DNA of 64,000 nt from Mobula hypostoma. Its lineage: Eukaryota. The stretch covers positions 95,854,001 to 95,918,000 of the forward strand of contig NC_086108.1 of assembly GCF_963921235.1 (NCBI RefSeq). Direction: 5' to 3'. Below the pieces are notes generated by a model. It did no database searches. It was not told the DNA's origin and was given only the letters and a program-made list of their open reading frames with translations. The position numbers were made by a program, and so were the translations under genes. This document shows positions 12,231 through 25,699 of the stretch, piece by piece (the first letter of the stretch is position 1; each line of letters begins with the position of its first letter).

Positions 12231-13246
12231 TAAAAGGGAAAGCTTTTCTGTTGAGAAAGTTTCAACCTGAAACATAGTTTCTCTCCCTCCAGGTTTGCAG
12301 ACCTGCAATTTAAATGCCAGATTTCCATGGCCCACAGTGCTTTATTTCCTTCTTTCCAGTGCCTACACTTTCTTCTGTATTTTATCCTCTCAGACTCTAG
12401 TTAGGGATGCCTGAATCTCTGGGGATTGAAGGGCTGTGACTGGGTGAGAGAAGATCACCCACGAACTAAAGCTGTTGCAGGTGCTTCCTGTGTCTGATAA
12501 GTTAATCCTGGGAGGCTGTTAGCAACACACAGAGATGCCAAATGGACCCAGGCATTGCTTCATCATCACTTGCTTAAAATTCTGCTACTCACGAGGCCAC
12601 TGTACAGGGTTCATACACCAGCAGGTAGTTTTAATCAGAAGGCCAAGTCCTGCTGAGAGTTGATTATTTCTCTTTTGCACTATTAATTTTTTAAATTTTT
12701 GTAGCTTATAGTAATTTTTACATCTTTGCATGGCACTGCTGTCACAAAACAACAAATTTCTCGACACATGTCAGTGATAATGAACCTGATTCTCACCCTC
12801 CATCCAGGCCACTGCCAGAGAGTCCAGGAGCTCAACCTTGTCCAGGCAGCTGTCCCCCTCTAAGGCAATCCTCCACTCACCTCCCTCTGACCTCAGCTAC
12901 CCATCACGTTAACCTCTCCAATGCACCTCATCAGCTGCAAGATACTGGCATTCTACCCAGACCCTCCTTTTTTCTGCCCGCCCCATTCCCATCACCTGCC
13001 CTGTGTTCCCATCATCCGCCCTGCGCTCCCCAGCAAACGCCTGAATTCCAATCATGTGCCTGAGCCTCAGTCCATTACCACACCCCCCCCAACCCATCCG
13101 CTACCCTTCACCCAGACAGTTCCTCGCTTCTGTCACTTCCTTATATTTGCCTCCATGGTGGAAAAGAACAGGGAGGGGGGTTTATCTAACTCACACACAA
13201 AAATGCAATATGACTCAGGTTAAAACTCAGATCCTATAAATGTATG

Positions 13247-13678
<432 letters not shown>

Positions 13679-15096
13679 CACACATTAGCTCCTGAGGACA
13701 TTGAACATAAAAGTGCAACTGCCCTGTGACGCGAACTAGAACATAGAACACGACAGCACAGTACAGGCCCTTCAGCCCACAATGTTGCCCTTCTCTAGGG
13801 TCAATCTAGCCCTTCCCTCCTACACAGCCCTCCATTTCTCTATCATCCATGTGCCTATCTAAGGGTTCAAGTTCAAGTTTAATTGCTATTCAACCATACA
13901 CAGCTCAACCACACATGTATACAGCTAAACGAAACGGTGCTGCTCCAGGGTCAAGGTGGAAAATACAGTACAGTACACACAGTCTCACACAGCACATGTA
14001 GTTATGATAGTGCCTACAGTCACAAGAACAATACTAGCACAAGTTCCTGAGTGGCATGGTGATTGTGCATGGGATGTTATATTAGAGCCATGTTTCTGCA
14101 AGAACAAGCACACAGTAGTTCCCTATCTCGCATTGTGTGCACCCCAGCGAAGACAATCCAGCTCGACTTCCATTTCCACTCTGGAAAAAAGTACTATATC
14201 ACTCAACTCACTCGCCCCGTCACTGAACTGTTCCCACAACCTATGGACTCACATTCAAGACACTTCCTCTCATGTTCTCAATATTTATTGCTTATTATTA
14301 TTATTATTATTATTAGTAGTAATATTTCTTTCTGTATTTGCATATTTTGTCGTCTCTTACGCACTGTCTCTTGGTGCTGTCTTTCAATGATTATATTATA
14401 GTTAATGGATTTATTGAGTATGCCCACAAGAAAATGAATCTCAGGGTTGTATATGGTGACACATGTGTACTTTGACAATAAAAATCACTTTGAATTTTGG
14501 ACTTTATCTAAGCATTTCAATGAAGTACATGTAATATATTCAAGAACCAAAATCCAACAGGTTCAAAATAATGTAAAGATATGCTCCATAGTCAGTTCTC
14601 ATGGTTGTATTGCAAACAATAGCAACAATTTACTCAGTGAGTTCATTACTTGTGCTCATTTTATTTTGTGACTGTATGTGATGGATTGCAATTATATACT
14701 GTGTGTGACTATATGTACTGTGTTTTGCATCTGGGCCCCAAAGGAGCGATGTTTCATTTAGCTGCATGCATGTGTATGGTTGAATGACAATGAACTTGGA
14801 CTTGAGGAGCAAATCAAGAATAACAAGGGGTGACTTAACCCCAAATTTAAATGTGAGAGACAAACTCCCAACTATAATTTATTAGCAGAAAGTAAAGCAA
14901 TGTTATAATTGTCCAAATAAACCTTTTCTATATCATCAACAATGATACAAAACTCATACAATTTATTACTGGCCTAAATTAACTGTAAGTTCTTGGACTT
15001 AGAAATTAAAATTAATGAAATCATTATTTTTGTTTACACATTATAAATTTTAATGACCCTTCCAATCAATTCTCCTGTGTCTGAATCACAGCTCAC

Positions 15097-15200
15097 CTTG
15101 AAGTCACTTATAGTAAGAGCAAATTCAGGAAGCCACGGTACTTGGCAGAAGAAAAAATAACTCGATTTCATCAGTTGGGAGGGATGTCGCACCAGATAAT
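15097..15200 (-). CDS. EPHX4: EPHX4-like coding exon 5 (104 nt)
   Basis: tttcag|AT TAT CTG...TTC AAG|gtgagc; (D)YLVRHPSQLMKSSYFFFCQVPWLPEFALTISDFK; lies within track ORF 15034-15219. Confidence 0.95.
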
Positions 15201-15286
15201 CTGAAAAACAATGTATCAATAGAATGCATATAAATTTGGGGAGTTTCTTTAGAATGCTTTAACAATAAATATTTTAATGCAACATA

Positions 15287-15817
15287 CACTCAGTGGCCAC
15301 TTTATTAGGTACACCTGTGCTCCTGCTCGTTAATGCAAATATCTATCAGCCAATCATGTGGCAGCAACTCAATGCATAAAAGCATGCAGACATGGTCAAG
15401 TGTTTCAGTTGTTCAGACCAAACATCAGAATGGGGAAGAAATGTGATCTAAGTGACATTGACCGTGGAATGATTGTTGGTGCCAGACAGGGTGGTTTGAG
15501 TATCTTTAACTACTGATCTCCTGGGGTTTTCACACACAATGTCTAGATTTTACAGGGAAATGATGTGAAAAACAAAAAGCACCCAGTGAACTGCAGCTCC
15601 GTGGGCAAAAATGCCTTGTTAATGACAGAGCTCAGAGGAGAATGGCCAGACTGGTTCAAACTTCCAGGAAGGTGACAGTAACTCAAATAACCATGCAGTG
15701 GTGTGCAGAGAAGCATATTTCAATACACAACATGTTGAACCTTGAAGTGGATGGGCTGCAGCAACAGAAGACAACACTGGGTTCTATTCCTGTACCTAAT
15801 AAAATGGCCATTGAGTG
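15287..15817 (+). mobile_element. Internally deleted Tc1-like DNA transposon
   Basis: TIRs cactcagtggccactttattaggtaca / tgtacctaataaaatggccattgagtg; TA at left flank; transposase N-terminus MGKKCDLSDIDRGMIVGARQGGLSI from 15430. Confidence 0.85.
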
Positions 15818-17587
15818 AATAGCAACAGTGGTGACTGAAATAGATGAACTGCAGGCAGTGGTTGAAAATATCTATCTAGAGCTTTGCTGATTTAAAAAAA
15901 ATTCTATCAATACAACCTCTACTAAGAAAGGAGGAGGTAGCAATTTTAATACAGACCTGGAAGTTGCATTGTGGTAATGTAATGACCCTTGTTTCTAACC
16001 CCAAAGAAAATTGCTCCCATGGATCCAGCTGTCTGGCTTCTTACCCTATTACAGCAGGTTCAGAATTTTCTTATCGACCTGAGCCAGTGCATAAATCCTG
16101 AAGTTGTGGTCAACTTCCTGTTGCAGCTACAGTGAACGAAAACAGCTTCACGATGATAAAGATAAGATATAATCAATAATTTAGTAATTACCTTTACTTT
16201 GTAAAAATCCAGTGATTAATTATCCATTGTGCTATCGTCTCTGTGAGAAGGCTTCAATACTAACAAATTACTGGGCACTTTTGAAAGCTTTGAAAATCAC
16301 GTGATATACTGGTATTGGTTCATTATTGTCACATGTATCAAGACACAGAGAGAAACTTGCCTTGCATACTGTTCATACAGATCAGATCATGACAGAGTGC
16401 ACAGCTGGAATAACATAAAACGATATCAATAAAGAGTAAAAGCTACTGAAAAGCTGCAGTGGAGGTAAACAATAAAGTGTAAGATCATAATGAGGTAGGT
16501 TGTAAGGCCAAGAGTCCATTTTATTATACAAGAGGTTCGTGCAAAAATCATATAACAGGGGGATTAAAGCTGCCCTTGAGTCTGGCGGTAAGCGCCTTCA
16601 GGCCTTGCACTGGGGGTCTGTAAATATTCCTAACTTGTGTAATAAAATCCTACTGTTGTGTTACACAGAATAGGTGAATCTGGAGCCTCGTTTAAGCCAG
16701 ACTAGATATAGGTCCTAGTGACCTTTATAAATGAATATTATGCATTAATTTGACCTCAGGCAGCCTGTCATGATAAGATTTGAAGTCCAACAGCAACTTC
16801 CATTTCATGGCACCTCTGATGTACAAAGTCCTCCAAGATGTTTTGCAAGAGCACCTTCAGACAAAAGCTGATACCAAAACACATTTGGAGAAACCCTTTC
16901 GAATTTGGCTACCATCCGCAGTTAGTTAACATTGCTAAGCTGATCTTAACTGACAGGTCCGCCAGACACTTCAGCACTTGGCAGACTAGGAACAGGCGAG
17001 GCGGTGTCATTACAGTAATCCTCCACCCAACTGTCCTCATGGCAATGTTGGACCCGACTGTCAATAAACCTTCGGCTGGAGTGGAGCTAAAGTACACTAA
17101 TGCCTTATCGGATAGTCAGGGCCAAACGTTTATCTCAACGACAAATTAATTTTAAGCACAGACACTGAAAGAAAAAATAAAGAAAGTGGATCAAAAGTGA
17201 TTGGGGAGAAAAGATAAAAAGCAAATAAAAATGCAGTTAATCTCTATGTATAAGTAAGTTATGATGTAAATGTATCTTCAAGCTTTCAATCGTTCCCTTT
17301 CTAGGCTTCCAAAAACCAGAAATGTTAGAATCATTCTGTCACAGAAAATGGCCCTTTGACCTACCCAACTGCACCAACTAACAAGCAACCAATTACACTA
17401 ATCACATTTTTCCCCATCAGCTCCCCCGAGATTCCAGCACTCACGTACACACTTGCTCTTCTTCTACCTAAGGTTCCAATGCATGAGGCTCTGGCCTGGA
17501 CTTACAGTGCATCAGTTTGGCACTCAATGCAATTTGTATATGAAGCTTACAACCTGAATGCATGTAAAGTGTTTCTTCATATTGTAG

Positions 17588-18300
17588 AACATAGAACACA
17601 GAAATCTACAACACATTACAGGCCCTTCGGCCCACAATGTTGTGCTGACCATGTAACCTACTCCAGAAACTACCTAGAATTTCCCTAGTGCATAGCCCTC
17701 TATTTTTCTAAGCTCCATCTACCGATCTAAAAGGCTCTTAAAAGACCTTATTATATCCGCTTCCACCACCGCCGCCAGCATTGCATTCCACGCACCCACC
17801 ACTCTCTGTGTGAAAAACTTACCCCTGACATCTACTTGGTATTTATTTCCAAGCACCTTAAAACTGTGCCCCTTTGTGTTAGCTATTTCAGTCCTGGGGA
17901 AAAAGCTTCTGGCTATCCACATGATCAATGCTCTCATCATCTTATACACCTCTTTCAGGTCACCTCTCATCCTCCGTCACTCCAAGGAAAAAAGGCCAAG
18001 TACACTCAACCTATTCTCATAAGGTATGCTCTCCAATCCAGGCAACATCCTTGTAAATCTTCTCTGTACTCTCTCTATAGTATCCACATCCTAGTGACCA
18101 GAACTCCAAGTGGGGTCTGACCAGGTCTTATATAGTTGTAACGTTACTTCCTAGCTCTTGAACTCAATCCCACAGTTGATGAATGCCAACACACCATACG
18201 CCCTCGTAACAACCTGTCAACCTGCACACGAACCTAAGGACACGGACCTAGATCCTCCACACTGCCAAGAGTCTTACCATTAATATTATATTATACTCTG
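17588..18300 (-). mobile_element. CR1 3' fragment
   Basis: MRGDLKEVYKMMR...FFTQRVVGAWNA; same family as 60068-63440. Confidence 0.85.
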
Positions 18301-18514
18301 TCTTCAAAGAGTATAGTCTTCTAGAGTTTGCTTAAACATAGTCATGATGTCCACATTAAATTTCAAGTGGTCTGAGTGCAGAAAGTAGGAATAAGAAAAT
18401 GCCATGCAGCCAGTCTGTGCTACATGACATATGAGTTTGTGCTTCAGACTAGATCAGACCTCTCCTTCAACTTCCTGCCTCCTTCCTTTGCACCGCACAT
18501 TAAACCCTCTATGT

Positions 18515-18593
18515 CAGGAGGTCCCAACCTATGGTCTCTGGACCCCTTGGTTAATGGTAGGGGTCCATGGCATAAAAAGGTTGGGAACCTCTG
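18515..18593. mobile_element. Tiny hAT (Charlie-like) MITE
   Basis: Imperfect TIRs caggaggtcccaacct / aggttgggaacctctg; degenerate 8-bp flanks ctctatgt / atctatac. Confidence 0.5.
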
Positions 18594-20054
18594 ATCTATA
18601 CTAAACTCTGCTCAAGGCTACATTTAGAATAGTACCAATTTCAAACGGCCAATTCTTGAACTTCCTTCATGATTTAAAACTTCACTTTCATATGTGACTG
18701 TCAGATAGTAAACTAATTATTCTTTCTGAAAGACCTTTAATGGATGCTAAATAGCAGAAGTTTAAGGAGAGATCCCCGGAGATTCCACTGAATATAGGTA
18801 CTGCAGACAGAAAAATCAACAATGTCAATTATAATTTCCCTTCGTCATTGGACGAAGCAACGATCAAACTTAATAAGGTTTGACTTGGAAGTAGAAGTAA
18901 TGAATTCATAGTTTATTTCTTACCTAATCTAATAATGAAAAACTATTTCAGAAATTAATCTCCTCCGTGCATTGATTAATGAAATGGTGTTACATTTTTA
19001 TCTGTGTTGTTTTAACACAACAGTTAATCTACTTAAAATAAACAGGGATTTTAACACAGTGTTGCAGGAAATCACTGTGGGCTTGCGAGAGGAAATCAAA
19101 GCCCCAACATTTTTTGCTTTGCATTCCTTTCATTACAGGGTAGGAAATATACATCTCCTGAGAATTTTCATTAAAAAAAACATTTAATATGATATGCAGT
19201 TTAGTTCTGTACCTACGGGAGGTGGTAATCAGAAATCTCAGATTTAAGATAATTGGCAAAAGAACTGCAGGGGAAACGAGGAGAAAGTTCTAAATGTAAA
19301 AGGGTTGAGTTGAGGGGGAGGAATTAAATTGTTTTTATTAAAAGGAGCTTTTAATTGGATGTGTCAATTAGTTCCCATCACACTGCATGAAGTGGAGCAA
19401 AGTAAATATGCTTCTCTGTAAGGCTGGCTTCATTTAATCTTCCTTGCCATGAATTCCTTACGATGACTCTCAGATTGATAGATTCATCTGGTTAATTTCA
19501 GAAATAAGTAGGTAAAAGGAACACTGTTTGACCTTAACAAAAATATCTTCCAACTTCCTCTGGGTATATGTATATATTGGAAGTGTGTTGCCATGGTATA
19601 ATCATATTTGACCTTGAGTATTAAAAATAGATGTGAAATAATCTGTTTTTGACACCAGGACTAATTTTCAATGGATAGGAAGGTCAACCCATATTTAGCA
19701 GAAACAGAGCAAGACTTTATTCTATTTCTGTGATAAACTGCAACTTGCCTGATGTAGGAACCTGGAGTATAATGTCCACTCATTTCCTTTACAGGTGAGC
19801 CATGGAGGATATACTAATGCAACTATTTCTTGTTGCCAACTGAAATAGCAGCTTTTAACGCGGCAAACCTAAATTAACTGTTGGGTTAATTATGCCTCCC
19901 CCCTGCTCCCCACCATGCGTGAAGGTGAGGGTTTAACTGGTCAACGTTCTTTAGGTAACCAACACTTATGGATAGGTACCTACATGGTACCTACATGGTA
20001 CCTACATAAAAAAAAATGGAGGGCTATGTAGGAAGGAAAGGTTAGATTGATCTT

Positions 20055-20395
20055 CATCATTACGTGCCTTGCCGTGATGTAGACAGTCATGGTCTCATGA
20101 CCATGAATGTTCTTGGCAAATTTTTCTACAGAAGTGGTTTGCCATTGCCTTCTTCTGGGCAGTGTCTTTCCAAGACAGGTGACCGCAGCCATTATCAATA
20201 CTCTTTAGAGATTGTCTGTCTGGCGTCAATGGTTGCATAACCAGGACTTGTGATATATACCAACTGCTCGTATGACCATCCACCACCTGCTCCCATGGCT
20301 CCACATTACCCTGATCGGGGGGCTAAGCAGGTGCTACACCTGGCCCAAGGTTGACTTGCAGGCTGGTGGAGGGAATGAATGGCTTTGGTAGAGAT
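20055..20395 (-). mobile_element. SINE-like element with RTE/BovB-type motif
   Basis: Minus strand contains cagaagaaggcaatggcaaaccacttct, resembling the BovB/Sauria-SINE motif as I recall it; atgatg-like tail. Confidence 0.5.
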
Positions 20396-20589
20396 GCATC
20401 TTCACCCTGCCACCGGAGACTGATCTTGCAATAGGTTATAAGTTCAGCATAATGTTGGTAGCTGTTGGGTGCCAGGTGTATAGCTGCAAGTTCTAAATAA
20501 CTACAATGTTTTTCCATGCACTTCGAACTCTATTTTAGGTGCAGATCTCCTGCTATTATTTCTAAATGTGCATTTTGCTCCTTTGAATC

Positions 20590-21530
20590 TATTCTATGGC
20601 GCAGTCATAGAGTGGAAAAACAGATCCTTCAGCCCAACTCACCAAAAGCCCTCGAAACCCCTTCCATCCAGGTACGTACATAGATGGCTTTTAAATGTTG
20701 CTGATTTGCTCGCCACGATCATTACTTCTGACAGCTCATTCCAAATACGCACCATGCTTTGCATAAAGAAGTGGCTCCTGATGTCTCTTTTAAACCTTTG
20801 GCTTCTATTCTTAAATCTTGTTTTTAGCGCCTCCTTCTGGGGAAAAAGACAATCTGTTTTCACCCCGTCTATGCCCCTCATGATCTTCTATACCTCAACC
20901 TTTTACATTCCAGGGGATAAAGTCCAGGTCTATGCAACCTCTCCTTGTAAGTCAAGGCCTCAAGTTCAGGCACCATTCTAGTAAATCTTCTCTGCACTCT
21001 TTCTATTTTAGAAGCACTCTTTCTTATAACAGGGTGACCGAAACTCCACACAATACTCCATGTGTGACCTCACCAATGACAAATATAACTGCATCGTAGC
21101 TTCCAAAACGCCACACGGAGTGCTCTGACTGATGAAGGCCAGTGTGCCAATGCCTTGCTTGGCACACTAGCTACCTTGACTACCTGTGATGCCACTTTCA
21201 ACAAAGTACGCACATGTTCCATCTGTTCCATAATACTCCCCAGGAACCTACTATGCACTCTACAAGTCCTATCTCGTTTTGATCTTCCAAAGTGCAAAAC
21301 CTTACCCTTACATGAATTGAAAACCATTTGACAATCCTCAGCCCACATGCCAAGCTGATCAAGATGCCCCCTGCAATATATCATCACATTCTACGCTATC
21401 TACAACGTTATCTATTTTAGTATCATCTGCAAACTTAAAAACCATTCAATAATGTACTTTCACATTCAAATTATTTATGTACATTAAAAACAACAAATGT
21501 CCAAGCACTGACCCCTGTGTTCTACTGAAG
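20590..21530 (-). mobile_element. Degraded CR1 RT-3' fragment
   Basis: MRGIDGV...FFMQSMVRIWNEL and KGKVLHFGR motifs. Confidence 0.75.
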
Positions 21531-21659
21531 GTTTAACTTTGAAGCAGAGATCCAGATTTACTACATAAAATTTCAGATCCATGCTGTGATAGAACATGGA
21601 ACATGGAAAAGCACAGCACAGGAGCAGGCCCTTTCGTGTATTATGTCTGTGTCCTTGAA

Positions 21660-22040
21660 GAATCCTTGAAAGTGAATCCATAGCCTCTGGAAACAGTTTA
21701 GTGTCGGGGTGAGCGAAGATATCCCCTCTGGGTTCAAGAGCCTGATGGTTGAAGGGTAATAACTGTTCCTGAACCTGGTGGTGTGGGTCCTGAGGCTCCT
21801 GTACCTTCTTCCTGATGGCAGCAGTGAAAAGAGATCTTTACCTGGGGTTCTTGATTATCGATTCTGCTTTCCTGCAACAGCGCTCCTTGTAGATGTGCTC
21901 AACAGTGGGGAGGGCTTTACGCATGATAGACTGGGGTGTATCCACTACTTTTTGTAGGTTTTTCCATTCAGGAGCATTGGTGTTTCCATATCAGGCTGTG
22001 TTGCAATCAGTCAGTGTACTCTCCGCCGTATATCTATAGA
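21660..22040 (-). mobile_element. Degraded Rex1/L2-clade LINE 3' fragment
   Basis: aactgttcctgaacctggtggtgtgggtcctgaggctcctgtaccttcttcctgatggcag = reverse of LPSGRRYRSLRTHTTRFRNS; similar remnant on + at ~23100-23440. Confidence 0.65.
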
Positions 22041-23489
22041 AATATCTCCTGCAGTCGTTGACATTTTCACCCTGGGAAAAAAACTGACTCTTCACCCTAT
22101 TTAAGCTACTCATAATTTTATAATCTTCTATCAGGAATAAATGTATCAAGGATGTAGAATTCTATTCTGAATTATCTTTCATATCACTTATTGCAGTAGT
22201 TTTTGCATTAGATATAATTTAGTTACTCAGATTTAGCTATGAAATGTCATACAGGATACACGAATGAACCAAAAGAGTTTAAGGAAACAACCTTAAAAAT
22301 AGAAACTAATTAACACCAATCAGATGAAAGCACCACAAGGAAGATGAGAAAGAGGGATGATTCATTTTCAGAAAGTCTGATTCCTAAGGTTGAAACAGTG
22401 ATAACTAGAATCAAGGCATCTCCTCTATTAAAAAATAATCTCCAGGATGGCAGGACTTTATGACAGACAAATGGAATGCAAGTTGAGCTGATCATCCAGA
22501 TGGAAAATAGACAAGCTTTAAAACTTCTGATGGACGATACATCAGCACGTCTTCCCCCATCCCAATGAAGAACCCTCCAGAGAATGATGTTTAGACCATC
22601 AGACTTCGGAGCAGAATTGAGCCATTTGGCCCATTGTCACCTCTGACATTCCACCATTTAATATCCCTCTCAATACTATCCTCCTATCTTCTTCCCATAA
22701 CCTTTGACACCCTTACTAATCAAGAACCTATCAATCTCTGCTTTAAATATACACAATGACTTGGCCCCCACAGCCATTTTTGATAATGAATTCCACAGAT
22801 TCACTATCGTCTGGAGAAAAAAAATTCCTTTTCCTCTGTTCTGTTTAGATTTCTTGCTTAATCAAATTACTGAATAAACAGATTAAATGAATGTTTACTA
22901 TCTCTGGGTCTGTACTTGAAGGAGTTCAAAGGATGAGGCGGTACTTCATTGAAACCTACCAAAAGGCCTGGATAGAGTGGATGTAGACAGGATGTTACCA
23001 TTAACAAGGGATTCTGAGGGCACAACCACAGAATAAACAGACGTCACTTTAAAATTGAGATGAGGTGAGGAATTTCTTCAGCCAGGAAACACATCTTACA
23101 CCATTGGGGATATCTTCAAAAGTTGATGCCGCAAAAAGATGGCGTCCATCATTAAGGACCCCCACTAGTCTGGACATGTCCTCTTCTAATTAAAGAGGAA
23201 GTGCAGGAGTCTGAAGACACATACTCAACATTTTAGGAACAGCTTCTTCCCCTCCACCATCAGATTTCTGAACAGACAATGAACCCATGAACACCACCTC
23301 ACTGCTTTTGCACTACTTATTTATTTTTTCATGGTTTTTATTACAATATATGGTACATGTTATGCTTTATAAAATATACCGTACTACTACTGCAAAAGTA
23401 CAAATTTCACAAGTGTCCGTGTTAATAAACCTGATTCTGATACCTTTCATATGTAAAAATTGCTTCGCTTCATGCTCTCTTTTCAAAGA

Positions 23490-24030
23490 CCATAAGACAT
23501 ACAAGAATAATAAGGCCATTCAGCCCATCAAGCCTGCTCCACCATTCTATCATGTCTGGTTTATTATCCCCCTTAATCCCAATCTCTTGCCTTCCCCGTG
23601 TAATCTTTGACTCCCTTACTAATCACAAACCTATTAACCTCCACTTTAAATATACCCAATGACTTGGCCTCCACAGTTGTCCGTGGCAACGAATTCCACA
23701 GACTCACCACCCTGTGGCTGAAGAAATTCCCCCTCATCTCTGTTCTAAATGGACATCCCTCTATTCTGAGGCTGTGCCCTTTAGTCCTAGACTGCCCCAC
23801 TATAGCAAACATACTCCACATCCTTTGTAGTCGGTGCGGTCCCCCTTCATTCTTTAAACTCCAGTGAGTACAGGTGCAGAGCCATCAAATACTCTTCATA
23901 CATTAGCCCGTTCATTCCCAGGATCATTCTCCTGAACCTTCTCTGGATCCTCTCCAACGCCAGCACATCCTTTCTTAGACAAGGAGCCCAAAACTGCTCA
24001 CCATATTCCGAGTGTGATCTGACCAATGCC
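23490..24030 (-). mobile_element. CR1 3' fragment
   Basis: SRTKGHSLRIEG...FFSHRVVSLWNSLP. Confidence 0.8.
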
Positions 24031-24205
24031 TTTCAACCATCTCAGTCCAGTGGAGGGACACAGCAACCACCTCCCACTGCCTTCCATAGAGGTCAGCCAT
24101 AAACCTTTTGCACTGTTAAGCTTGGCTATCTCTGGATAAATCCATTAACCCTTCAAGAGCTTCAGTACATCAACCACTTATCATTAGGTTTGAAATGGAA
24201 CTCAC

Positions 24206-24334
24206 CACAAAGAACTGCAGGGTGTGGGCAGTTCAGAATAACAACCTTGTTCAGCATCTCTGGGTAATAGATGGCAAAACACCAGGCAAGCAGTCCACCC
24301 CAGCCATGGCCAACCAGGACACACTTCTTGTAGC
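24206..24334 (-). CDS. EPHX4: EPHX4-like coding exon 4 (129 nt), nucleophile-elbow exon
   Basis: gtgcag|GC TAC AAG...CTT TGT G|gtgagt; (G)YKKCVLVGHGWGGLLAWCFAIYYPEMLNKVVILNCPHPAVLC(D); elbow reads GHGWGG instead of GHDWGG. Confidence 0.95.
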
Positions 24335-24989
24335 CTGCACAAAAGGTTAAAAAGCAACGGTTTAGTCTGTGCGTGAGAGAAAAGAAGTGTAAGAAATGTT
24401 GATTAAAACCAGAAGCGTGACAGTGCTTAATTATCGGCTTTGTAATATTGCATCCTTTCTACAGATGTTCCCGAGATCGAGTTACATTTGGCTGCAGGCT
24501 TTGTTCTTACTAATTCTGTCAGTCTCTGCAGTTGTTGTGAAAGTGTCTCCATGTCCACATCCTGAAAGCCAAGTAAAGCCAGAACATGAGTTGTTACAAT
24601 CAGCTGGTTCCCACGGCCGATATGTTGACTGGCTTCTCATAGGCTTGAGAATCTGAACCTTATTTTTCTGGGATTCTGTGGGATGAACACATTTAGAAAT
24701 ATATATCCTCAGGTCGTTGGGTTTCAGCAGGGAGATGCCACAAGCATGCATTCAGAATCGTACACATTTCACTGCCCAGATTTTCGGGTCAGTGGTGATC
24801 AAGCACCTAACAGTCACTCATCAGCTGAACACTTAAGCACAGTGTATTCTATGGGACCTCGAACGCGAACTTGAGGGGTAACTTTACTTAGGGTGAACTT
24901 CTTCACTCAGAGGGTGGTGCGAGTGTGGAAGGAGTTGCCAACAGAAGAGGCGGACGGGGGTTCAATTGCCAGGTACATGGATGGGAAGG

Positions 24990-25498
24990 ATGTTCTATGA
25001 GTCTGTGGTGGCCAGTGTGATCATGTTTGCTGTTGTGTGCTGGGGCAGCAGGCTGAGGGTAGCAGACACCAACAGAATCAACACACTCATTCGTGAGGCC
25101 AGTGATGTTATGGGGTTGGAACTGGACTCTCTGACGGTGGTGTCTGAAAAGAGGATGCTGTCCAAGTTGCACGCCATCTTGGACAATGTCTCCCATCCAC
25201 TACATAATGTACTGGGTGGGCACAGGAGTACATTCAGCCAGAGGCTCATTCCACTGAGATGCAACACAGAGCATCATAGGAGGTCATTCCTGCCTGTGGC
25301 CATCAAACTTTACAACTCCTCCCTTGGAGGGTCAGACACCCTGAGCCAATAGGCTGGTCCTGGACTTATTTCCTGGCATAATTTACATATTACTATTTAA
25401 TTATTTATGGTTTTATTACTATTTAATTATTTATGGTGCAACTGTAACGAAAACCAATTTCTCCCGGGATCAATAAAGTATGACTATGACTATTACTA
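24990..25498 (+). mobile_element. Rex1/Babar-type LINE 3' fragment nested in a CR1 3' end (~24850-25590)
   Basis: MFYESVVASVIMFAVVCWG...; tail gtatgactatgactat; flanks ggaagg / ggaagg restore CR1 aggtacatggatgggaagggtatgg. Confidence 0.85.
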
Positions 25499-25699
25499 TG
25501 GAAGGGTATGGAAGGCCATGGACCAGGTGTGGGTCGACGGGACTAGGCAGCATAACAGAGAGGCCGAAGGACCTGTTTCTGTGCTGTAGTGATCGATAAA
25601 TCAATAACCAATCTTTCAAGAGCTATTTCATCCTGATATTTTCTGTCGGACTCATGGGACAGTGCGAACAGCCCAGGAATCGCTGGTGCTAGTCTCACT

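Noticed and set aside
19974..20007. (ggtacctacat)x3 tandem repeat
   Set aside because: Local slippage within a short CR1 3' remnant; no evidence of function.
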